Origin: a virus
Direction: 5' to 3' (one strand)
Length of the DNA stretch: 39,636 nt
Virus record (IMG/VR): IMGVR_UViG_3300037851_001094
Shown here: in pieces, positions 32,174-38,949 of the stretch
Numbering within the stretch: the stretch's first letter is position 1
How the letters are laid out: each line of letters opens with the position of its first letter
Notes under the pieces: model-generated
Told to the model about the DNA's origin: nothing
Databases searched by the model: none
The model's input: only the letters and a program-made list of their open reading frames with translations
Made by a program: the position numbers and the translations under genes

Positions 32174-32893
32174 TTACCGAGCTTGCTTTCTAGCCTCTTG
32201 CATCTGCTTGTAATAAAATTCGCGACCTTCTTTCGATAGCACTCTGTCATTTGTGTACATATGTGCTTGGTCTAAAGCTCCCGATTTTTTTACAGAACTT
32301 GCTGCCATTGGCTTCTTTTGATTCTCTTCAATCTTTCTCGCATTTTCTTTAGCTTCCACGTCTTCTCCTGGGCAAAACTTTTTAGCCAAGCGATATGCCG
32401 CTTCAGCTTGAACGTAAGGATCTGGATTGTTTTGAATAGATTTGACAAGCGTCGGTTCGTTTTTTAATAAATATTCAACGTTTTCAGTTGAAAGAACCGC
32501 ATCGAAATCAGGGTACTTTAGTCGCAAGCGTTCTTCCGTTTCTTCCGACTTTTGTTGCTGTAAAGCCTTTTTCAGCTCTTTGATCTCTTTGTAGATTTTA
32601 CCTACATGCTCTCCAGTGGAGAGATCATCTTTAGAGATACCGAGTTCTGAATAAACGTCGGGTTCCGGGGAAGGCTTTGGCGCTTGCTGTTTAGCTAATT
32701 GCTCTTTAAGTTCCCTGTTAGTTCTCTGCATTTCCTTCAAAACAGCTCGGGTTTCTTCCCAGTTGGCTTTTTGAGGATCAGCCTTTGGGGATTCTTCCTT
32801 TGCTTGTTCTTGAACATTTGCTTCAGCTTCTGGCTCGACGACAGCCTGTGCAGTCTCTTCAACCGCTACGTCCGTATTTTCCGCTTCTGACAT
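32174..32893 (-). CDS. scaffolding protein
   Basis: 239 aa, acidic N-terminus, long charged helical/coiled-coil stretches; position immediately upstream of the capsid gene. Confidence 0.6.
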   Translation of the reverse strand: MSEAENTDVAVEETAQAVVEPEAEANVQEQAKEESPKADPQKANWEETRAVLKEMQRTNRELKEQLAKQQAPKPSPEPDVYSELGISKDDLSTGEHVGKIYKEIKELKKALQQQKSEETEERLRLKYPDFDAVLSTENVEYLLKNEPTLVKSIQNNPDPYVQAEAAYRLAKKFCPGEDVEAKENARKIEENQKKPMAASSVKKSGALDQAHMYTNDRVLSKEGREFYYKQMQEARKQAR

Positions 32894-33070
32894 GTTCTTT
32901 CCTTTTTGCGATGGCGACTCGCATATACGCCCTTGTGAAAATGCGCCCGATGAGCTAACCTAAATCCGAAGATCTAGGGGTAAGTTGTGGCCTACAACAT
33001 GACAAAGCTCAGGCCGGGGCACCCATGTCTTTACAAATACGAAAAAAGATTTTAATTGACAAGGCTAAAG

Positions 33071-33316
33071 ATGAAAAATTGGATTAAAGAGCACACAGAT
33101 ACATTAGTAATTGTGGGGTCTATGATTGCAGGGGTTTGGACGATTAAATCAGATATTCACTCTCTAGATCAAAGATTGACTGATAGGATTTCCGGAGTAG
33201 AAAGTCGCGCTACAGCAATCGAAACGGCATTGATAATGCAAGGAGCGCCCCTAAAGGCCATTGTCAAGGAGAATACTTCGGGATCTTCAACTTCCCATCA
33301 CGAAAAGATTGAATAA
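33071..33316 (+). CDS. membrane-anchored coiled-coil protein (antisense moron)
   Basis: MKNWIKEHTDTLVIVGSMIAGVWTIKSDIHSLDQRLTDRISGVESRATAIETAL: TM followed by coiled coil, same architecture as the 23525 and 34762 genes. The ORF track starts at TTG 33056. Confidence 0.5.
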   Translation: MKNWIKEHTDTLVIVGSMIAGVWTIKSDIHSLDQRLTDRISGVESRATAIETALIMQGAPLKAIVKENTSGSSTSHHEKIE

Positions 33317-33713
33317 ATCCCACTAATTGGGGATCATAAATATCTTTATTCTTCATGATCGTAAGGGAATCTTGAAACGAGGGGAGAGTCCATTCGAGGC
33401 GTAACTCTGAGAGGTTGTTGTTAAAAGAGTAGATTTCTTGATCCCAATCGGGATTGGGGCAGCTTTTGCGGACAACCCAGCGCCTGCGGATGACGTTCGG
33501 CTGAAAGGCGTCCTTTTTGGTTATGATGGAAATAAAATAAATAGGAGCAAAATCCCTATGTTTAGAGATGATGCTATCGAACATCTGCTCATAAACTTTG
33601 TGTTCTTCACTGACGATTTCCCCGACTTGTGGCGCCGGCGCCGGAGATTCCGCAAGTTTCGCGGCTTCCTGTGAAGTAAATGACTTGGTTTCTTTTACTT
33701 TTTTTTCTCGCAT
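33264..33713 (-). CDS. hypothetical protein
   Basis: 149-aa ORF; convergent 53-nt overlap with the 33071 gene. Confidence 0.55.
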   Translation of the reverse strand: MREKKVKETKSFTSQEAAKLAESPAPAPQVGEIVSEEHKVYEQMFDSIISKHRDFAPIYFISIITKKDAFQPNVIRRRWVVRKSCPNPDWDQEIYSFNNNLSELRLEWTLPSFQDSLTIMKNKDIYDPQLVGFIQSFRDGKLKIPKYSP

Positions 33714-33795
33714 TGCTCTTCTTTTTTAGGCTTGCAGAAAAACATGGAACATTGTCCATAAAGCATCGACTCTATGGGGCCAAAAGAAATGATCT

Positions 33796-33933
33796 TTATT
33801 TCTTCTTTTTCTTTTTTTTCATCATCATCTTGTCGCATTTTTCTATCTTCTTGTCGCGAGGGATGTCCATTTTGACGAGTTTATTTAGCTGCTTATCGAA
33901 GTCTTTTTTAACTTTTTTGATTGCTTTGTCCAT
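33796..33933 (-). CDS. 45-aa highly basic peptide
   Basis: Hand translation MDKAIKKVKKDFDKQLNKLVKMDIPRDKKIEKCDKMMMKKKKKKK*; TAATG coupling to the upstream gene. Confidence 0.35.
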   Translation of the reverse strand: MDKAIKKVKKDFDKQLNKLVKMDIPRDKKIEKCDKMMMKKKKKKK

Positions 33934-34172
33934 TACTTGCGCAGTCCTTTTAAAGTCTGGGCCAATCTTGCTCTTCTTCCTAGCTTTCCAGGTTTTTTAG
34001 CTGCCGCGGCCAATTTCTTGGCTGGGATCTTTTTACCCGATGGAACGCCCATTTCTTTATGAAGAGCTCCGGGATGTTTGATAGCCTTCTGAATCCATTT
34101 CTTAGCCATATCAATAGCCTGAGTAAATATTTTTCTTATTTTTTTCAATGATAACCTGAGTTTCTCTGTCAT
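33933..34172 (-). CDS. small basic conserved-looking protein
   Basis: MTEKLRLSLKK...IKHPGALHKEMGVPSGKKIPAKKLAAAAKKPGKLGRRARLAQTLKGLRK. The KHPGALH...G.KIP...L...A..L.KRA.LA.TL pattern looks like a widespread small protein family (from memory, unverified). The frame is open up to TTG 34217. Confidence 0.55.
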   Translation of the reverse strand: MTEKLRLSLKKIRKIFTQAIDMAKKWIQKAIKHPGALHKEMGVPSGKKIPAKKLAAAAKKPGKLGRRARLAQTLKGLRK

Positions 34173-34276
34173 TTTTTTTGTTAGAAGTGGGCAGTTTTGG
34201 GAATGGACGCCCAACACGTTCCATAATCTGATTATGAATATCAGTCGTTTTACCTTTCGGGCGTCGCATTGTCATA

Positions 34277-34552
34277 TTACACCTTCAGATTTGAAAGATG
34301 TCTTGCCGTTTCGCGTGTCATTTCATGTTGGCTTTCGTCGATACCTGTCATAGTATCATCGAGGCCTCCATGATCACCATGAGCTGCAGGCGGATACTTT
34401 TTCATAGTAACCCCTTCTGGCATATTGGCAAATTCACTGGATCCATGAAAGTACTTGCCATCAACATAATATGAGCCGCCTCTTTTAGGCTGCGTATGTT
34501 CATCGCTTCCGTCTTCCATTTTTTTATGAGGAGAAGTGTGATGTCTAGCCAT
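34277..34552 (-). CDS. hypothetical His-rich protein
   Basis: 91-aa ORF with an AGGAGG RBS upstream of ATG 34552. Confidence 0.55.
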   Translation of the reverse strand: MARHHTSPHKKMEDGSDEHTQPKRGGSYYVDGKYFHGSSEFANMPEGVTMKKYPPAAHGDHGGLDDTMTGIDESQHEMTRETARHLSNLKV

Positions 34553-34697
34553 ATCTAACCTCCTATGTTGGGTAACTGCTTACCGAGTTATTCGGCAGCA
34601 ATATAGCTACTAAAAGTTTTAGTATCATGTCTAAGATTTAATAGATATAGGAAAAAAAGAACGGATATGAAAAAATAGCCACAAAAGGAGCAAAATT

Positions 34698-34772
34698 ATG
34701 ACTTTTGCCATTATTTTAGGAATCTGCGTAGCTTGCTGGGGTATTTACTGGAGTGTCCCACATGGAAAATGA
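34698..34772 (+). CDS. 24-aa hydrophobic peptide
   Basis: Hand translation MTFAIILGICVACWGIYWSVPHGK*; AAGGAG RBS 8 nt upstream; first ORF of a coupled five-gene cluster. Confidence 0.35.
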   Translation: MTFAIILGICVACWGIYWSVPHGK

Positions 34773-34956
34773 AAAAGTTTCAAAATTTTCCCAGGTAAAT
34801 TGGGAAAAAATAGGAATTTATTTTGCTGTACTTTTGGGTTATTACTCTTTAATCACAGGCATTGGTGATTTAAGAGAAAGAGTAGCAAAATTAGAAGTTA
34901 AAAATGCCATTTTGATGAATGAATATAAGAAAAATCAGAAAATGGGAAAAACATGA
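34762..34956 (+). CDS. membrane-anchored coiled-coil protein
   Basis: MENEKVSKFSQVNWEKIGIYFAVLLGYYSLITGIGDLRERVAKLEVKNAIL; GGAG 8 nt upstream of ATG 34762 (the ORF track starts at GTG 34753). Confidence 0.5.
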   Translation: MENEKVSKFSQVNWEKIGIYFAVLLGYYSLITGIGDLRERVAKLEVKNAILMNEYKKNQKMGKT

Positions 34957-35126
34957 AATCATCCATTTTGATATTAGCCCTGATGGTCACAGCTTCTGTC
35001 TCTGCCGAAAGGGGTTATTACAACTCGTGGGTAGAGGTTTTCGACGATAAAGAAGAAGAAGAGCAGATTTCCGAGATTGATGAAGAGTGCGAAGATTGCA
35101 ATATTCCAGAAAAGGAGCCAGAATGA
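34953..35126 (+). CDS. small secreted acidic protein (57 aa)
   Basis: Hand translation MKSSILILALMVTASVSAERGYYNSWVEVFDDKEEEEQISEIDEECEDCNIPEKEPE*; signal peptide with VSA-E cleavage-type site; ATGA overlap. Confidence 0.5.
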   Translation: MKSSILILALMVTASVSAERGYYNSWVEVFDDKEEEEQISEIDEECEDCNIPEKEPE

Positions 35127-35248
35127 ACTGGTTCAAAGACTTTAAAATCTTGATTTATGTTTTAGTAGTATTTGTTCTTGTAGCGTTCACCGCCATTTGG
35201 GTGACGAGTTATTATTTTCCAACAAAATTACCAACATTTGAGGCATAA
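35123..35248 (+). CDS. 41-aa single-pass membrane peptide
   Basis: Hand translation MNWFKDFKILIYVLVVFVLVAFTAIWVTSYYFPTKLPTFEA*; ATGA overlap. Confidence 0.45.
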   Translation: MNWFKDFKILIYVLVVFVLVAFTAIWVTSYYFPTKLPTFEA

Positions 35249-35249
35249 C

Positions 35250-35513
35250 ATGTTAATGTATTCAAAGAAGAATTTTTGGGATCTTAAACTTATAGCGGTT
35301 GCGCTCGGTTTATCTGCTCTGTGTCTTTTTCTCTGTTCATGGGCTGAAGCCGTCGCAGAACATGGAACAGATTACCACTATGACGGCCCACAAAATGACG
35401 TTGAAGGAAGAATCGAAGCCGAACAAGAATCGAGAGACAGCGGTGGGTTTTCTTCATATGAAGACAAAGATGGAACCGTTCATACCTATGAAAATGGGTG
35501 TGAGAATTGCTAA
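35250..35513 (+). CDS. small secreted/membrane protein with N-terminal signal sequence
   Basis: MLMYSKKNFWDLKLIAVALGLSALCLFLCSWAEAVAEHG... then an acidic mature part. Starts 1 nt after the previous stop; ends 14 nt before the convergent portal stop. Confidence 0.5.
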   Translation: MLMYSKKNFWDLKLIAVALGLSALCLFLCSWAEAVAEHGTDYHYDGPQNDVEGRIEAEQESRDSGGFSSYEDKDGTVHTYENGCENC

Positions 35514-35527
35514 TGAAGTGGACTTGA

Positions 35528-37543
35528 TCAAGCACTCTGAGCTGGTTTCTCTTTGACGCCGGCTTGCTCCGCTGAATCTTCTTGCAACGCCTTTAAGATA
35601 TCCACCAACTGCTGCAATTGGGTCAGATCCATGCCTTGCAGCTCTTTGGCTGCCCTAACCTGATCGAGATTGCCTGTTTGGATGTCTTTGATCGCTGCAG
35701 CCCTTCTTTCGACAGCGAGTGCCTGATTCTCTGCGATACGGGATGCCCTTTCGTATCCAAGACCTTGGTTGGCGACTGCGCGGGCATGCAGATCTTCTGC
35801 CTTCGCTTGGCTCTCTTGCATCATAGCCTGAGCTTGCATTTGCTGCATTTGTTGGGCTTGCTGCGCTTGAGCAGCCATAGTCTGTATCAGTTTATCTTTA
35901 TCTTGAAGCGTTGACAGTTTAAGCACGTAATCATCGGGGATCTGCATGCCAAGTTCGCGGAGGTAAAGTGTCTGTTGGAACGCCAGTTGACGCTGCGTCG
36001 GCGTCATGACGGCTTCTTCTACAACGCAGTCGTACTTGCCAAAGTTGGCGGTATAGAACTCTGGGGCTGGCTCTTCGTTGATTATGCGTTTGACTTTGCC
36101 CGGCGTCCAGTTAGCCTGAATAAGATCAAGTTGGATCTCACCGAGTTGCTTTAAAGACAGATCCCACTGATCGAAGATCTTCTGAAGCGTGACTAAACCC
36201 GCTCCTTGTCGTAGCATAGATAATATGCCGGCTTTGTCGTCGGTTGCAGAGCCTAGTAGCTCCTCATTAATCCCTGTAATCTGCGGGATTAGGGCTTTCA
36301 ATTGCTCGCCGAGCGCCATCAATTCAGGACGTGGAGCGGAAGGTTCTATCTTCTCAACATCGGTCATTTGGGCGTCGTCTTTAAGCGCGAGGCCTTTACC
36401 TTGACCTGTCAAGAAAACATCGTTCGGATTGATCAGAGCGGATTCTTTGTATTTCCAACCAGAGGCAATTGTCGATTCTGCAATATCGAGATTAATGATC
36501 ATCCGACGATTGAATAGATATTGTGTATCTCGCATATCACGAACAAGACCGCGTATACGCTGAGGGTAATAAGGAATCTGAGGGTCATAATAAAAAGGCA
36601 CAACAACAAAAGGAAAACGATCGATCCCCATAGGATTAGGGCCATGGTACATAGTCTGGCCGTTAAGAAGGATCGCAAGCTTAGTAGACTGAACTTGCTG
36701 CTCAAGGACCTTAACATGAGGAAAATCCCGGACAAACTCTTGAATTCGCTCATCGCTTCCTCTCCATTCCATGGTTTCGCCAGAGTACGTATCCACCAGC
36801 ATTTTTCTTGTTCGGTAGTCTCTGTAGTAAAATTCGTCGTAAATTAGGAGCTTTCTGATGGCGTAGTTGTAGCTTTCCGGTAAGAACTGGAACTTTCCAT
36901 CTTTGTTGTACGCCCCCTCCATCGACATGATCTCTTCTTTTCTGTCCGGCATCAAGGAAGCTGCCTCTTCTTTTGATAGGTACTTTCTAATCCATATATG
37001 GTTACAGTCAGAGAGGTCTTGTTTGCGGAAATACGGATCAATCAAAAAATTATTATACGATAAATTCTCGACGCGAATGTCTCCGTTAATCGGATCTGAT
37101 CTATAATCCATCCAGACTTGTAGAAGATTCATTCCGGTTGTTACCGCGCCATCACAGGCCTGAGAGAATGTTTGTGGTACATTGGCGTAGTTATTCGCCC
37201 AGATCAGCAGTTTAGAGTATTGAGCTGCTGCTGCCTCATCAGAGCCTTCAATGGGGGTACAAACGACTTGTTTTCGATGTTGTCTCTGATAACCAGAGAT
37301 CATGTTGCAAGGGGTTTGAATGATGTTAAAGTTGAAGTCTCGGCGTCTATAGGCGGGCAGATTTCCATAGATGTCATTCCATAGAGTCTGATCTCCAGAG
37401 CGAAAGCGTGAGTCAATGTCTGCCTCTGACCAATACGAAATATTGATCGAGATCATCTCCGCATACGCTTCATTCAGATATTTTTGTAAGTGAAAATCGC
37501 CTTCTACATAATACTTAGGATCAATTCGGGGAAATAAGGTCAT
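35528..37543 (-). CDS. portal protein
   Basis: 671 aa; size and position at the head of the morphogenesis module; C-terminal Q/A-rich coiled-coil barrel-like tail (AQAQQAQQMQQMQAQAMMQESQAKAEDLHARA...). Confidence 0.85.
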   Translation of the reverse strand: MTLFPRIDPKYYVEGDFHLQKYLNEAYAEMISINISYWSEADIDSRFRSGDQTLWNDIYGNLPAYRRRDFNFNIIQTPCNMISGYQRQHRKQVVCTPIEGSDEAAAAQYSKLLIWANNYANVPQTFSQACDGAVTTGMNLLQVWMDYRSDPINGDIRVENLSYNNFLIDPYFRKQDLSDCNHIWIRKYLSKEEAASLMPDRKEEIMSMEGAYNKDGKFQFLPESYNYAIRKLLIYDEFYYRDYRTRKMLVDTYSGETMEWRGSDERIQEFVRDFPHVKVLEQQVQSTKLAILLNGQTMYHGPNPMGIDRFPFVVVPFYYDPQIPYYPQRIRGLVRDMRDTQYLFNRRMIINLDIAESTIASGWKYKESALINPNDVFLTGQGKGLALKDDAQMTDVEKIEPSAPRPELMALGEQLKALIPQITGINEELLGSATDDKAGILSMLRQGAGLVTLQKIFDQWDLSLKQLGEIQLDLIQANWTPGKVKRIINEEPAPEFYTANFGKYDCVVEEAVMTPTQRQLAFQQTLYLRELGMQIPDDYVLKLSTLQDKDKLIQTMAAQAQQAQQMQQMQAQAMMQESQAKAEDLHARAVANQGLGYERASRIAENQALAVERRAAAIKDIQTGNLDQVRAAKELQGMDLTQLQQLVDILKALQEDSAEQAGVKEKPAQSA

Positions 37544-37682
37544 GATTTACCACAGAGGTATAGTTATCCCCTCTATATATCAAAACAATTTTTGAGGCAA
37601 TATTCATTAAAAAAATGTTTCATCTTGTGTTTTTCTATTGCTTTTCGTATTCTTTTCCTATTCATTAACCTGAGGAGATTTA

Positions 37683-38447
37683 ATGGAAGCACCAAAAATA
37701 ATGAAGACGAGAGACTATTCGATTTTCAAATTCGTCAATTTCAATCGTGACAAACATCAAGGGCATATCAACAATATCAAGAGCATCTTGCAAAGAGAAA
37801 ATCTTCTCCATTTGCATCCTATACTTGTGAACAATGATATGGAAGTTGTCGATGGTCAACATCGTCTCGAGGCAGCTAAAGAATTAGGCCTTGAAATTTT
37901 CTACATCAAAAGCGAACTCTCTTATGACCATATTTTGAACTCTAATCTATATCAGAGAAAATTAGGATTAAAAGACGTTTTGAATTTCTACGCAAAGAAA
38001 GACAAGAACAAGAACTACGTGGAGATCATGAACTTTCTCAAATTGTTAAACATCTCTGCCAAAGGCCTCTTTGGGTTGATCATTGGTCTAGATCATAAAA
38101 AAACCAATGAAATGATCAGAGACGGCCTCTTTGAGCTTCCCGAGAACAAAACAGATCTCAACATGTTGATCGATTATTTTTCTCGTTTTTTGAATTATTG
38201 CAAAGAGAAGCGCATCACCCCTATTGCTATGTTTGGTTCATCGAACTGCACTCGCGCCCTTCGTGAATTGTTTCTTTATCCAGAGTTTGATTTTGAGTTG
38301 TTCTTGAAGAAATTAGACATGAAGTGGTTCGAGTTAAAACCACAAGTTAAAAAATCGGGTTGGTTTAGATTGTTTGTAAAAATCTACAACCATCTTAATC
38401 GTGATCCAATACCTTTAAATTTAACGGATAATGAAAATGACTCGTGA
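37683..38447 (+). CDS. ParB N-terminal (ParB/Srx nuclease-like) domain protein
   Basis: LHPILVNNDMEVVDGQHRLEAAKELGLEIFY matches the ParB-N DGxHR core; GAGGAG RBS; antisense to the flanking late genes. Confidence 0.7.
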   Translation: MEAPKIMKTRDYSIFKFVNFNRDKHQGHINNIKSILQRENLLHLHPILVNNDMEVVDGQHRLEAAKELGLEIFYIKSELSYDHILNSNLYQRKLGLKDVLNFYAKKDKNKNYVEIMNFLKLLNISAKGLFGLIIGLDHKKTNEMIRDGLFELPENKTDLNMLIDYFSRFLNYCKEKRITPIAMFGSSNCTRALRELFLYPEFDFELFLKKLDMKWFELKPQVKKSGWFRLFVKIYNHLNRDPIPLNLTDNENDS

Positions 38448-38949
38448 TTTAACGGGATTTACCAAGGGAACTTATACATACGTAAAAGACGCACCAAGAG
38501 TCAAAGGCCAAAGAAGGATAATTATTATTAAATGCAAGTGCGGTGAAGAAAGACAGGTTGTTTTAAAAGACTTTGTAAGGAAATCTCGACCTTATTTGTG
38601 CCACAATTGTAAAAAAAATAAACCTAAAAAGCTTTCTAAATACGATGTTAAAATTGGTGATAAAAATGGAATGTTAACCATTCTTGAATTGAATATTGAC
38701 GGATCTTTGCCTCTGGCAACTGTAAAATGCGATTGCGGAAACGTTAAACAACTAAATTTATATGATTTTTTATACGGCGCAACTAAATCTTGTGGTTGCT
38801 TAATCAAAGATAAATACCGGAAGTTTACTGTTATAAAAACAATTATGAAGTCTTTAAAAAACGGTTACTCACCCAAACAAGTGGCTTCAATTCTAAAATT
38901 AGATGAGTTGAAGGTTTTAGAAGTCATCGAACGGCAAAAAAACAAGTGA
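38431..38949 (+). CDS. zinc-ribbon-repeat protein with C-terminal HTH
   Basis: Two CxC...CxxC/SCGC units (IIIKCKCGEERQV...LCHNC; VKCDCGNVKQLNLYDFLYGATKSCGC) plus HTH-like GYSPKQVASILKLDELKVLEVI; 17-nt overlap with the ParB-like gene. Confidence 0.6.
   Translation: MKMTRDLTGFTKGTYTYVKDAPRVKGQRRIIIIKCKCGEERQVVLKDFVRKSRPYLCHNCKKNKPKKLSKYDVKIGDKNGMLTILELNIDGSLPLATVKCDCGNVKQLNLYDFLYGATKSCGCLIKDKYRKFTVIKTIMKSLKNGYSPKQVASILKLDELKVLEVIERQKNK

Noticed and set aside
33680-34000. 106-aa plus-strand ORF rich in F/L (LLFFLALLFFF...FFFFFFFII)
   Set aside because: It is a product of poly-T tracts antisense to Lys-rich minus-strand genes (33796-33933, 33933-34172); no RBS.
35290-35556. ORFs 35290-35535 (-) and 35299-35556 (+) overlapping the last small plus-strand gene and the portal 3' end
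   Set aside because: They are shadow frames of 35250-35513, which has a signal sequence and tight coupling to the cluster, and of the portal gene.
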